From Candidatus Poribacteria bacterium (lineage in GTDB: Bacteria; Poribacteria; WGA-4E; WGA-3G): 64,000 nt of DNA. The notes under the pieces were generated by a model. The model saw nothing but the letters and a program-made list of their open reading frames with translations. It was not told the origin of the DNA and did not search any database. Shown piece by piece: positions 30,215-40,806 of the stretch (within the stretch, counting starts at the first letter, position 1; the number at the start of each line of letters is the position of its first letter). The stretch spans positions 2,368,001 to 2,432,000 of the forward strand of contig CBDANF010000003.1 in the NCBI GenBank assembly GCA_965197475.1. The letters run 5' to 3'. Position numbers and translations under genes: made by a program.

Positions 30215-31234
30215 ATGGCAGGGAAACTGAAAGTTGCAGCTGTCGGTTGCGGCGGGATCGGATTATTACACCAACGCGGATATCTCCAGCATCAGGGGGC
30301 GGAATTGGTGGCTGTGTGTGATATAGACGCTGCCAAAGCAAAAGCCCGTGCTGAATTACTCGGTATTGCCAAGTGGTATCCGTCCATTAGAGAGATGCTT
30401 GCGAATGAAGAGTGTGATCTGGTTGACGTTGTGACTGCCGACCATTTGCACTTTGAACCTGTGATGGAATGTCTTGATGCTGGGAAACATGTTATTACTG
30501 AAAAACCGTTGTCGCTGGATATTGATGAAGCGGAACAGATGGTCGCGAAAGCGGAAGAGAAAGGGGTGCATCTCGCGATAGACTATAATCGCCGCTTCGC
30601 CCCCGGTTATGTGCAGGCGAGGCGTTGGTTTGACGCTGGAGCTATCGGACAAACCTATTATTTGGATATGAAATTATCACAAGGGGGACAGGCTTCAACC
30701 TGGAAGGGTGAGTATTATCTGCTCTATGAGTTGCAAACGCACGCGCTTGACCTACTGCGGTGGTTCGGAGGAGAGATCGTTGCTGTATGTGCAGAAATGG
30801 CGAAACCAAGAAAACATGAGGCACGTGAAGGTGAAGATGCATGCTATACCAGTATGGCGATTTCATTGCGATATGACACAGAAATAGTCGCAACTTTGCT
30901 GGCGAGTTGGGATAGCGATTTTATTCATCCGATTGAACGGATGGAAATTTGCGGTTCTACCGGGGAAATCGTTGTTGATAACGTCTTGAGTCGAGCAACA
31001 CTGATGAAACGCGATAACCAAGTCGTTGAGGAATATCGCCCATCCATTTTTCGTATGGAACAACTTGCATTTGATGGAACTTTTGCGCTACGTATAGCTG
31101 CGTTGGTAGATGATTTGCTAAATGATCGACTACCGGCACCTACAGGACGTGACGGCTTGCAGGCGATGCGAATAACAGAAGCGATCGTGGAATCTTGGAA
31201 GGAAAAACGGGAAGTAGGGGTTAAAATCGATTAA
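30215..31234 (+). CDS. Gfo/Idh/MocA family oxidoreductase
   Basis: VGCGGIG, GKHVITEKP, NRRF, HALD. Start ATG30215 after aggag. Confidence 0.92.
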   Translation: MAGKLKVAAVGCGGIGLLHQRGYLQHQGAELVAVCDIDAAKAKARAELLGIAKWYPSIREMLANEECDLVDVVTADHLHFEPVMECLDAGKHVITEKPLSLDIDEAEQMVAKAEEKGVHLAIDYNRRFAPGYVQARRWFDAGAIGQTYYLDMKLSQGGQASTWKGEYYLLYELQTHALDLLRWFGGEIVAVCAEMAKPRKHEAREGEDACYTSMAISLRYDTEIVATLLASWDSDFIHPIERMEICGSTGEIVVDNVLSRATLMKRDNQVVEEYRPSIFRMEQLAFDGTFALRIAALVDDLLNDRLPAPTGRDGLQAMRITEAIVESWKEKREVGVKID

Positions 31235-31274
31235 CAATGTGCAAACTGTTGCTATATGCAAGGAGGAACAAATT

Positions 31275-31961
31275 ATGAAACGCCAAATGTCTTTTTTAAG
31301 AAAACTTCACCGATCATTACTAACTGATTCTTCATATTCAACCGCTAGCACTTGTGTTGTATGGCTTGTTTTCATGCTGCTGGCAATAAGCTGCGGTCCG
31401 CTGCCGACCGGAGAATTCAATGTCCCTGAAACGACCACTACCACTGCTGAAAAAACGACCAAAATGCAATCAAAGCAGAGCAAAGGGAGTTTACCGGAAT
31501 CCGCTACCGTCGATTTACAAAAGCTGCCTTACTTCAGAAATGCTTTCAAACAACTGCCGCGCGTTCGTAGCAGAAGGGCACTTTCTAATTTTCATCTACA
31601 GATGCGTGAGATGGGACAGCATAGTGCTATTATTACCAACTGTTCGTTTGATGTCTTAAAAGCTTTTGTTGCGAAAGGATGGGCTCCAATTGTGATGATT
31701 CAGTTGCAAAGCCGCACCCCGGTCATCTCGCCGTTGTCCCACTATGATAACCAGTCAAGTGAAGTACACCTTCAAAATCCTACGAGTTCCAGCAAGCGTC
31801 AATTGACCTATGAGGAGTTTGAAAAGTCTTGGGAAAAGGATACGCAGAAAAGAGGCATCTTAATCACACCTCAGCGGCTCACTGAAGCAGACGTACGGAA
31901 AGTACTAGGAGAATATTTACCCGCAGAAGCGTTCCAACAGATAAACGTGAATAGTCACTAA
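31275..31961 (+). CDS. Putative lipoprotein with degenerate peptidase-C39-like domain
   Basis: LLAISC lipobox-like. LKAFVAKGWAPIV..YD..VHLQNP..YEEFEKSW resembles C39-like folds; no catalytic Cys seen. Confidence 0.55.
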   Translation: MKRQMSFLRKLHRSLLTDSSYSTASTCVVWLVFMLLAISCGPLPTGEFNVPETTTTTAEKTTKMQSKQSKGSLPESATVDLQKLPYFRNAFKQLPRVRSRRALSNFHLQMREMGQHSAIITNCSFDVLKAFVAKGWAPIVMIQLQSRTPVISPLSHYDNQSSEVHLQNPTSSSKRQLTYEEFEKSWEKDTQKRGILITPQRLTEADVRKVLGEYLPAEAFQQINVNSH

Positions 31962-31979
31962 TATCAAGATCACCATTTT

Positions 31980-32015
31980 GTAGGTTGACGCATAGTTCCC
32001 TATGCGTCAACCTAT
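31980..32015. repeat. GTAG-type palindrome / terminator
   Basis: taggttgacgcatag-ttcc-ctatgcgtcaaccta. Confidence 0.65.
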
Positions 32016-32045
32016 CACCGTATTAACCAGAATGAGGGAAAAATT

Positions 32046-33929
32046 TTGAAAGCACTTCCGTTTACAGATGTTACAATTACTGACCGTTTTTGGGCACCAC
32101 GACAGGCGACGAATTCAGAGAAAACTATTCCACATGAACTTGAGCAGTGCCGAAATACCGGTAGGATAAATAACTTTGCGAAAGCCGCTGGCTTGATGTC
32201 TGGCAACTTTGAAGGCATCTTTTTTAACGACTCGGATGTTCACAAATTAGTGGAAGCAGCGTCTTATACCCTAAAGACACATCCTAATCCTGAATGGGAA
32301 GCAGAACTGGACGAAGTTATTGACACAATCGCCAAAAGCCAACAAGTAGATGGCTATCTGAATTCTTATTTTACGTTAGTTGAACCGCAAAAGAGATGGC
32401 AAAACCTTGGTATGATGCACGAGTTGTATTGTGCTGGACATCTATTTGAAGCAGGTGTAGCGCATTATCAAGCGACAGGAAAACAAAAGTTGCTTGATGT
32501 TGCGTGTCGATTCGCAGATCTCATTGATAGCACTTTCGGACACGGGAAACGTGACGGTTTGCCAGGACACCAAGGAATTGAACTTGCGTTAGTGAAATTG
32601 GCGCGTGTGACAGGCGAAGCACGTTACATGTCTCTCGCTGAATACTTTGTCACGAAGCGCGGACATTCTCCGTCAGTGTTTGAGAAGGAATTGGAAAATC
32701 CTGACCTACCCGGCGGACTTGGGGCGTATCAGCATCACTACACACGTGATGATAAATTTGAAGGCACCTATTCACAGGCACATCTGCCGATACAGGAACA
32801 GACAGAATGCGTTGGGCATGCAGTCCGTGCGATGTATCTCTATGGCGGTGCTGCCGATATCGCTTATGATACCGGTGACACCGGTATCACAAACGCATTG
32901 GACGCACTTTGGCAGAATGTAGAGAAGCGATTGTACGTTACAGGTGGCGTAGGTCCGTCTGGACATAACGAAGGGTTCACCCAGGATTACGAATTGCCGA
33001 ATTTCTCCGCGTATGCTGAGACGTGTGCATCGATCGGATTGATATTTTGGGCACATCGGATGTTTCTATTGAAAGGTGAGTCACGTTTTATTGATGTCCT
33101 GGAAACCGCACTCTACAACGGTGCGCTCTCCGGTATTTCACTTGATGGCACAGATTTTTTCTATCAGAATCCGTTGGCGAGTCGCGGTGGAAGACATCGG
33201 CACGCTTGGTTCGGGTGTGCGTGTTGTCCACCGAATATTGCTCGTCTGCTCGGTTCCCTCGGGCAGTATATCTATGCACAATCTGAAAAAGAACTATGGG
33301 TTAACCTATATGTTGGCGGCACCGCTTCCGCTAAAGTAGCAGGAGATGTCTCTCTGAAATTAACACTGGAGACAGATTATCCATGGTCGGGAGATGTCAA
33401 GATAACTGTTAATCCTGAGAGATCTACAAAGTTTACATTGAATTTGCGGATTCCGAGTTGGTGTAACAATTTTGACGTGAGCATCAACGGTGAATCTTAT
33501 AATGCTAAGACTACATCTGATGGATATCTTCCAATTGATAGACAGTGGCATGCTAACGACACAGTGGAATTGAACTTGGATATGCCGGTCGAACGAATTC
33601 ACGCGCATCCTTATGTGAGAGATAATCTTGGACGGTCAGCATTAAGCCGCGGTCCTTTAGTCTACTGTTTTGAGGATACTGACAATCCCGATGGTGCTTT
33701 TGAGACGTTGTCGCTTGTTAATGATGCAGCTGTGAAAGCCGTGTTTGACAGTGAACTCCTCGGTGGTATTACACTGCTCCATGGTACTGGCACGGTGTAT
33801 GATGCCACTGATTGGGAAAATAATCTCTATCTTCAGAAACCGGACTTGAAACGGATGGGAGTTACGGCGATTCCGTATTACGCATGGTGTAACCGTGGAG
33901 CAGGACAGATGGCAGTGTGGGTTCTTTAG
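32046..33929 (+). CDS. Glycoside hydrolase family 127 (beta-L-arabinofuranosidase-like)
   Basis: DSDV.K, HELYCAGH, GHAVRAMY, YAETCAS, CACCPPN, IPYYAWCNRG. Confidence 0.93.
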   Translation: MKALPFTDVTITDRFWAPRQATNSEKTIPHELEQCRNTGRINNFAKAAGLMSGNFEGIFFNDSDVHKLVEAASYTLKTHPNPEWEAELDEVIDTIAKSQQVDGYLNSYFTLVEPQKRWQNLGMMHELYCAGHLFEAGVAHYQATGKQKLLDVACRFADLIDSTFGHGKRDGLPGHQGIELALVKLARVTGEARYMSLAEYFVTKRGHSPSVFEKELENPDLPGGLGAYQHHYTRDDKFEGTYSQAHLPIQEQTECVGHAVRAMYLYGGAADIAYDTGDTGITNALDALWQNVEKRLYVTGGVGPSGHNEGFTQDYELPNFSAYAETCASIGLIFWAHRMFLLKGESRFIDVLETALYNGALSGISLDGTDFFYQNPLASRGGRHRHAWFGCACCPPNIARLLGSLGQYIYAQSEKELWVNLYVGGTASAKVAGDVSLKLTLETDYPWSGDVKITVNPERSTKFTLNLRIPSWCNNFDVSINGESYNAKTTSDGYLPIDRQWHANDTVELNLDMPVERIHAHPYVRDNLGRSALSRGPLVYCFEDTDNPDGAFETLSLVNDAAVKAVFDSELLGGITLLHGTGTVYDATDWENNLYLQKPDLKRMGVTAIPYYAWCNRGAGQMAVWVL

Positions 33930-34011
33930 TCTGCTTACTGCTAAAAGAACAATTGAATTTCCGGAAAGTAAATCGAATTATATTAACAATTCTTCATAAA
34001 AGGAGTTAAAA

Positions 34012-34560
34012 ATGAAGCGAATTGTGCAATTAATTGTATTGATATTTTGTGTATCCACACTTTTCGCCGGTTGCGACCAGATGACTAAACCGGTTATGAA
34101 TGTCATGCCCCCTACCCAGACCAATATAGAAAGGGCACGAGCGGCGATGGAGAGAGTCAATCAGAGACGGACAGAAGCACATCAAAAGGCTGAAGAAACA
34201 GGTGATTTTTTAACATTATTTATCGATTCTGAAGCCATTTTCAAAGAAGAACTCGGATTCCGAAAAGGATTGTTGGCCGATTTAGTTGAGATATATCGCG
34301 AAGAGAATTCTGAAGATCCTGAAGTATTAGAAGGTTATAGCAAGATGCAGGATGCTTTCACTGAAAAATTGGAAGAAGGCACACTTCCCCCATTTGGAAT
34401 GGTCTACTTTGAATACATCAGAACTTTTGATCCGTTAATTGTTGAATATCTTCGGTTATCATACGTATTTCCGCAAATGGAGGAGGCAGGTCTACTTGAA
34501 CGATTCAGAGGGTCTATAAGAGAAGGTAAAGTGACTATAGTATTCCCCGAAAATTTTTGA
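34012..34560 (+). CDS. Hypothetical lipoprotein
   Basis: MKR + hydrophobic stretch + LFAGC lipobox; RBS aaggag. Confidence 0.8.
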   Translation: MKRIVQLIVLIFCVSTLFAGCDQMTKPVMNVMPPTQTNIERARAAMERVNQRRTEAHQKAEETGDFLTLFIDSEAIFKEELGFRKGLLADLVEIYREENSEDPEVLEGYSKMQDAFTEKLEEGTLPPFGMVYFEYIRTFDPLIVEYLRLSYVFPQMEEAGLLERFRGSIREGKVTIVFPENF

Positions 34561-34595
34561 TTTTCTCTGTTAATGTTGCTGACTCTGTGATGCAA

Positions 34596-37352
34596 CTAAC
34601 GTATCTCCCATAGGAGGATTGTGCCATCCTCACTCCCACTGGCGAGCGTGTTTCCATCTGGAGAAAATGCTACGAAAATGTCATCATTTCTATGATGTCC
34701 AGTGAGTGTGGTTATATGCGTCCCCGTTTGTGTTTGCCACAAACGTACTGTGCTATCTCTACCTCCAGTAGCGAGTATGGTGCCATCTGGAGAAAACGCA
34801 ATGGAAGTGATAGAATTAGTATGTCCACTGAGTGGTTCAATTATCTTTCCTGTGTGTGCGTCCCATAGGATTAGACTTTTGCTTGACCCTGCACTGGCGA
34901 TTGTAGTGCTATTCGGTGAAAATGCAACTGAAGAAACAGTCGAAGCATGATAACCTTCAAGCGTGGCAATGTGTTTCCCTGAGGGTATATCCCACAACCG
35001 TACAGTCTTATCATAACTTCCGCTTGCAAGTGTATTTCCGTCTGGAGAAAACGAAACAGACGTGACATGTCGCGTATGTCCTGCAATTGTTGCTATGTGT
35101 TCTCTTGTGTGAATGTTCCACAATCGAACTGTTTTATCATCACTTCCGCTTGCAAGGATGTTTCCATCCGGAGAAAATGCTGCAGAAGTGACCCGACCAT
35201 TATGTCCTATGAGAGTGTGTATATGTTTTCCTGTTTGTGCTTCCCATAAGCATATCGCCTTTTGTGCAGTTGTGGTAGCAATAGTTTTTCCATCCGGTGA
35301 ATATGCGACGGAATCAATACCGTATGAATGTCCTTTCAGTGTGGCTTTGAGTTGTCTGGTGTGAACGTCCCATAAGTATCCCTCCTTGTCCCACCTTGTG
35401 GTAGCAATAGTTTTTCCATCCGGTGAATATGTTAAAGCAGTGACTTTTGACTTATGTTCAGTAATTGTAGTTCTGAGTTCTCCGGTTTGTGTGTTCCACA
35501 ATTTCACTGTACTGTCATCCTGACTACCAGTAACAACGGTATTTCCATCTGGAGAAAACGCTACAGAAGTAACAGCGTGAGTGTGACCTTTGAGTGCGGT
35601 TTTTTGTTCTCCAGTATGTGCATTCCGCAGCTGCATGACTCCATAGCTTCCAGTTGCGATAGTCGTACCATCAGGTGAAAACGCTAAAGAATAGATACCT
35701 CCATTAGGTTCTGCGATTATATTTCTGAGTTCACCAGTTTGTGCGTTCCACAATCGCAATCTATTATCCAAACATGCGGTAGCGATGGTTTTTCCATCAG
35801 GAGAATACGCGATAGAAGAGACTGTTGAGAAATGGCCTTTTTGTTTAGATGGTCTTGTGAGTGTTGCTATATGCTGCCCTGTGCGTGCGTTCCATAGGTG
35901 TGCTGTCTTGTCGGCACTTCCGCTGGCAATTGTCTTGCCATCCGGAGAATATGTGATGCATGTAATACCGTCCGTATGTCCTTTGAATGTCGTTATGAGT
36001 TCTCCTGTTTGTTTATTCCACACCCGTACTTCTGGTTCTATTTCTTCAAAGACCTTAAAAGTCCCATTGCCGGTCGCCAGCGTGTTTCCATCTGGGGAAA
36101 ATGCTATTGCAGTTATATCCCACTGATGTCCTACAAGTGTAGCTAAGTGTGTTGCTGTACGTGCGTCCCACAATCGGACAGTTCTATCTCGACTTCCACT
36201 GGCGAGAGTGGCACCATCCGGAGAAAATGCAATGGCAGTGACATCGGACGGCTTTCCTGCTATTAGGTTAAGTTCTTTTTCTTTGCCAGGTCGCACATCA
36301 TAAATCCATATCCCGATGGAGCTTGCAACTGCAAGACGATTGCCATCAGGTGAGAAAGCGATATTTCCAGTTATCTCACCCTTACCGAGTCGTGCTTTTG
36401 CGCCTTTGGGCAGTGCCCATTGCGTGTAGTCTCCTGGGTCTGATAAAACTTGATTTGATTGCTGTTCAGTGCCACTACCTGTGCCGGAAGTATCGGAATT
36501 ATTTCTTTGCAGATTTCTGACATCCGGTTTTGCCTCAATATCCTGGACTATAGGTGTATCAATAAGTTCTACCGTCATCTCAGACTGCGTGTCCAAGCTA
36601 TAGGGTTGCTGGAAACGCGCTAATTTCTGGCTGCCCATGCCAAGTATCAACACAATTAAAATGATACCGGATGCAGCCAGTACCCACGGCACGAATGGCG
36701 TACTTCCAGAAGGCGCAGCTGGATTAAGGTGTGCTACCTCTCTTATTATATTCTCAGTTAAGTTTGCAGAAATTTGAAAATTACTCAGTGCTTCTCGAAT
36801 CATCGGTTCCTCCTTTTTTAAACGTTGTCTGGCACGGCTGAGCCGACTCTTAATTGCACTGGGAGATACCCCTAAAAATCGACTAATCTCTTCACACGTC
36901 ATCTCACCAAAATAGTGGAGTATCATTACCGTGCGTTCACTCTCTTTTAGTTTCGCAAGCAGCTTCTTTACAACCTCGCGTTGTGCCTCTGTCGTAGTTT
37001 TTGCCTTTTCCCTTGCAACATATTGGGAATACGCGGTTTCCTCACCTATCTCAGTGTCAATGTCTTCCAGGGGTTCAGTTTCCAAGCGTCTCTTACGGAG
37101 CCAGGCAAGGCAACGGCGCGTCGCAATTACATACAACCACCCAGAAAACTGATTTGGGTTTTGCAAAGTTCCCAGTTTTTGATAGACTTTGAGGAATGTG
37201 TCCTGCGTAATCTCTTCAGCGATATGGAAATCACCTATTTTCCGCCAAGCGAGTGCGTGCACCTGCTTTTGATATTTTTCGACTAAACTTGCAAAGGCAG
37301 TATCATCACCCTCAAGGAAACGGTAAATTAGTTCAACATTATTATTTTTCAT
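34596..37352 (-). CDS. ECF sigma factor fused via TM helix to WD40 beta-propellers
   Basis: sigma2 (AEEITQDTFLK..WLYVIA), sigma4 (EEISRFLGVSPSAIKSRLSRAR), TM (WVLAASGIILIVLILG), then many GH..FSPDG..W repeats. Start ATG37352. Confidence 0.92.
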   Translation of the reverse strand: MKNNNVELIYRFLEGDDTAFASLVEKYQKQVHALAWRKIGDFHIAEEITQDTFLKVYQKLGTLQNPNQFSGWLYVIATRRCLAWLRKRRLETEPLEDIDTEIGEETAYSQYVAREKAKTTTEAQREVVKKLLAKLKESERTVMILHYFGEMTCEEISRFLGVSPSAIKSRLSRARQRLKKEEPMIREALSNFQISANLTENIIREVAHLNPAAPSGSTPFVPWVLAASGIILIVLILGMGSQKLARFQQPYSLDTQSEMTVELIDTPIVQDIEAKPDVRNLQRNNSDTSGTGSGTEQQSNQVLSDPGDYTQWALPKGAKARLGKGEITGNIAFSPDGNRLAVASSIGIWIYDVRPGKEKELNLIAGKPSDVTAIAFSPDGATLASGSRDRTVRLWDARTATHLATLVGHQWDITAIAFSPDGNTLATGNGTFKVFEEIEPEVRVWNKQTGELITTFKGHTDGITCITYSPDGKTIASGSADKTAHLWNARTGQHIATLTRPSKQKGHFSTVSSIAYSPDGKTIATACLDNRLRLWNAQTGELRNIIAEPNGGIYSLAFSPDGTTIATGSYGVMQLRNAHTGEQKTALKGHTHAVTSVAFSPDGNTVVTGSQDDSTVKLWNTQTGELRTTITEHKSKVTALTYSPDGKTIATTRWDKEGYLWDVHTRQLKATLKGHSYGIDSVAYSPDGKTIATTTAQKAICLWEAQTGKHIHTLIGHNGRVTSAAFSPDGNILASGSDDKTVRLWNIHTREHIATIAGHTRHVTSVSFSPDGNTLASGSYDKTVRLWDIPSGKHIATLEGYHASTVSSVAFSPNSTTIASAGSSKSLILWDAHTGKIIEPLSGHTNSITSIAFSPDGTILATGGRDSTVRLWQTQTGTHITTLTGHHRNDDIFVAFSPDGNTLASGSEDGTILLWEIR

Positions 37353-37403
37353 TAGACATCTCCAGAAAGAAGTAGCTGCATTGAAAGTCGCTTCAATATA
37401 TAG

Positions 37404-37431
37404 TGACGCGGGTAGGAGGTAAAACGGTCGC
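37404..37431 (-). promoter_or_regulatory. Possible ECF-type autoregulatory promoter
   Basis: Minus strand GCGACC - 17 bp - CGTCA about 50 bp upstream of the sigma start. Confidence 0.4.
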
Positions 37432-37616
37432 TTAATTCTAAAAAAATTGTAATTCAAATAAATTTTTTATGAAATGGTAGGATTGTGTGGAATAACATTC
37501 ACAAGCAAATTGAGATATCAATATGTTAGATTATTGGTTAATTCCACGAGAGAAGTGTTTGTAAAATAAATTGAACAAAGGAAAAGTAGTGAGGTAATTA
37601 CTTGATTGGCACGGAA

Positions 37617-37963
37617 TTAACGCAATTTCCATAGGAGGATTGTGCCATCGTAACTTCCACTCACAATCGTGTCTCCATTCGGTGAAAACACAACATTCTT
37701 GACACCTCCTGTATGACCATTGAATGTGGCGATGTGGTTTCCAGTATGTGTATCCACAACTGCACCATATTGTCCCTACTACTCGTAACGATAATTACCC
37801 CGTTCGGTGAGAAAGCGATATTTCCAGTTATCTTGCCTTTACCGAGACGCGCGGTGGCACGGTCGGGTAAACCCCATTTTATGTAATCTTGAGCAAATGC
37901 GTTGGGTGGCAATAAGGTAAAAGTTAAAAATAAGGTGATGATAGATAACAGAGTATTTTTCAT
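37617..37963 (-). pseudogene. Internally collapsed, frameshifted WD40 paralog
   Basis: Signal peptide + QDY.KWGLPD..RLGKGKITGNIAFSP. A second frame ends ..SGSYDGTILLWKLR* like 38016..40766, with only ~2 repeats between. Confidence 0.8.
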
Positions 37964-38015
37964 TGATCAGATTTTCCCTTCAAAAACATAAATTTTGCTT
38001 GATAGAAGGCTGCAA

Positions 38016-40766
38016 CTAACGCAGTTTCCATAGGAGGATTGTCCCATCGTCACTGCCAGAAGCAATTGTAGCACCATCTGGGGAAAACGCTACAAAAATG
38101 CGATGCCCCTTATGCGCGTTGGTGAGTGTTGCTATGTTCTGTCCTGTGGCTGCATCCCACAACCGGACCGTCTTGTCTGAACTTCCACTCGCGATAATGT
38201 TGCCATCCGGAGAATACGCTATAGAATAGACAGTTGACTGGTGCCCGATGAGTGTGGTTTTGTGTTTTGCTGTGTGCGCGTCCCACAGGCGTATTGTCTT
38301 GTCATAACTTGCGGTAGCAATAGTATTTCCATCCGGAGAATATACCACAGAAAGGACAGCGTCCTTATGTCCAGCGAGTGTTGCGATGTTTTGTCGCGTT
38401 GCTGCATCCCACAGCTGCACGGTCCGATCCTTACTTCCTGTGGCGATCGTATTTCCATCCGGAGAATATACCACAGAAGTGACATTGTCTCTATGTCCTG
38501 TGAGTGTTCCTATGTGCGTTTCTGTGCGTGTATCCCACAACCGCGCTGTCATGCTTCTACCTCCACTCCCACTTGCGAGTTTCGTGCCATCCGGTGAAAA
38601 CGCCAAGGAATTGATAAGATATTTATGTCCTGTAAGTGTTGCCATGTGCTGCCTTGTAGATGTATCCCATAACCGTATTGTACTATCCCAACTTCCCGTA
38701 GCGATAATTTTGCCATCCGGGGAATACGCGATGGCATATACAAATGACTTATGTCCTTTAAGTGTGGTAATGTGTTTTCCCGAGTGTGCGTCCCATAAGT
38801 GCACTGTATCGTCGGTACTGCCGTTAGCAATAGTATTTCCATCCGGTGAAAATACAACGGAAGTGACACTCTCTGTATATCTTGTGAGTGTGGAAAATTT
38901 GTGTCCTTTTGTTTTTGTGTCCCACAATCGCACTGTTCTGTCCGAACTTCCAGAAGCAATAGTAGTATTATCCGGGGAATACGCGACAGAAAAAACAGTC
39001 CCCGCATGTCCTGTGAGTATAACTTTGTGTTGCCCTGTGTGTGCGTCCCATAAACGTACCGTCTCGTCCCAACTTACGCTAGCGATAGTATTTCCATCCG
39101 GGGAATACGCAAGGGATCTAATCTGCCCCGTATGCCCTATGAGTGTGTTTTTGTGTTTTCCTGTTTGTGCGTTCCACAACCGCACCGTTTTGTCCCAACT
39201 TGCGCTTGCAATCGTTTTTCCATCCGGGGAATACGCTACGGAATAGACCTCTCCTGTATGCCCTATGAGTGTAGTTCTGTGTTTTCCCGTGTGCGCGTCC
39301 CTCACCTGCACGGTCTTGTCCGCGCTACCAATAGCGATAGTTCTTCCATCAGGGGAATACGCGATGGAATGGATTCCTGGTGTATCCCTCGTGATTGTAG
39401 ATTTATGTTTTCCTGTGTGTGCGTCCAATAATAGCACCTTGTCCCAACATGCTGCAGCGATAGTGTTCCCATCCGGGGAATACACTACGGATAAGAGATT
39501 CTGCGTATGCCCCGTAATTGTGATTTTGTGTTTTCCTGTATGCGCGTCCCATAACCATACTTTGTCCCAACTTGCACAAGCGATAGTATTTCCATCCGGG
39601 GAATACGCTAAGGAATCAACTCTCAACGGATGTTCAGCGAATATGATGTTTTCGCCTGTGTGTACGTCCCATAAACGCACCGTCTTGTCCGAACTACCCG
39701 TAGCGATAGTTTTTCCATCAGGAGAGAACGCAATGGATAAGATAATCCCTATATGTCCTTTGAGTACGGCTTTGTGTTGCTCAGTGTCTGCATCCCACAG
39801 TTTTACTGTCCCATCCCCACTTGCACTTGCAATTATGTCTCCACCTGGAGAAAACGCGACAGCACCGACTCCTGAGATATGTCCTATCAGTATGGTTTTA
39901 CGCTCCGCTGTGCCAGCGTCCCACAGTCTCACTATCCCATCCCAACTACCCGTAGCGATAGTTTTTCCATCAGGAGAAAATACTACGGATCTAACTCTGC
40001 CCGTATAAACGCTGATTGAGGCAACTTTCTGTTTCCCTGTGTGAGCATCCCACAGTCGTAATGTGCTGTCCGAACTTCCTGTAGCGATCATGTTTCCATC
40101 AGGAGAAAATGCGACGGAAGTGACATAGCCCGTATGCCCTGTAAGAGTGATATTATGTTTTCCAATGTGAGTATCCCATAAGCGCACTGTCTTATCTGAA
40201 CTTCCGCTGGCGATAGTCTTTCCATCCGGGGAAAATGCGACGGACCTGACACCCTCCGTGTGCCCTATGAGTGTAGTTTTGTGTTTCCCAGTCTGTGTGT
40301 CCCATAGGCGCACTGTATTGTTTGAACTGCCACTAGCAATAGTGTTTCCATCCGGAGAATAAACTACGGAAGTGACATAGCCCGTATGCCCCGTGAGTGT
40401 TGTTATGTGTTGTCCCGTTACTGTATCCGACAACCGGACAGTTTCGTCCAGACTTCCACTCACAATAGTGTTCCCGTCTGGTGAAAACGCTACGGAAGTT
40501 ACCCAACCTTTATGTCCCGTAAGCAAATCAAGCTCTTTTTCTTTACCGGGACGCACATCGTAAATCCAAACACCGATCAAACTTGCAACAGCAAGCCGAG
40601 TGCCGCTTGGTGAGAAAGCGATATTTCCAGTTATCTTGCCTTTACCGAGACGCGCGGCGGCACCGTCAGGTAAACCCCATGTGGTATAATCTTGGGCAAA
40701 TACGTATGGCAGCAATAGGGAAAAAGTTAAAAACAGGGAGATAAGAAACAATGACACTGTTTTCAT
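38016..40766 (-). CDS. Secreted WD40-repeat protein (~20 repeats)
   Basis: Signal peptide ..VFAQDYTTWGLPDGAAARLGKG; regular GHT..V.SVAFSPDG..SGS.D.TVRLWD repeats. Confidence 0.95.
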   Translation of the reverse strand: MKTVSLFLISLFLTFSLLLPYVFAQDYTTWGLPDGAAARLGKGKITGNIAFSPSGTRLAVASLIGVWIYDVRPGKEKELDLLTGHKGWVTSVAFSPDGNTIVSGSLDETVRLSDTVTGQHITTLTGHTGYVTSVVYSPDGNTIASGSSNNTVRLWDTQTGKHKTTLIGHTEGVRSVAFSPDGKTIASGSSDKTVRLWDTHIGKHNITLTGHTGYVTSVAFSPDGNMIATGSSDSTLRLWDAHTGKQKVASISVYTGRVRSVVFSPDGKTIATGSWDGIVRLWDAGTAERKTILIGHISGVGAVAFSPGGDIIASASGDGTVKLWDADTEQHKAVLKGHIGIILSIAFSPDGKTIATGSSDKTVRLWDVHTGENIIFAEHPLRVDSLAYSPDGNTIACASWDKVWLWDAHTGKHKITITGHTQNLLSVVYSPDGNTIAAACWDKVLLLDAHTGKHKSTITRDTPGIHSIAYSPDGRTIAIGSADKTVQVRDAHTGKHRTTLIGHTGEVYSVAYSPDGKTIASASWDKTVRLWNAQTGKHKNTLIGHTGQIRSLAYSPDGNTIASVSWDETVRLWDAHTGQHKVILTGHAGTVFSVAYSPDNTTIASGSSDRTVRLWDTKTKGHKFSTLTRYTESVTSVVFSPDGNTIANGSTDDTVHLWDAHSGKHITTLKGHKSFVYAIAYSPDGKIIATGSWDSTIRLWDTSTRQHMATLTGHKYLINSLAFSPDGTKLASGSGGRSMTARLWDTRTETHIGTLTGHRDNVTSVVYSPDGNTIATGSKDRTVQLWDAATRQNIATLAGHKDAVLSVVYSPDGNTIATASYDKTIRLWDAHTAKHKTTLIGHQSTVYSIAYSPDGNIIASGSSDKTVRLWDAATGQNIATLTNAHKGHRIFVAFSPDGATIASGSDDGTILLWKLR

Positions 40767-40806
40767 GGATCAATCTCTCCTCAGAAGTCAACTATTCACT
40801 GGATAA

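Noticed and set aside
38386-40008. Long antisense ORFs over WD40 genes (also at 44.5, 49.8, 55-58 kb)
   Set aside because: Repetitive mirror translations (PSGEN/PSGLN) of FSPDG repeats.
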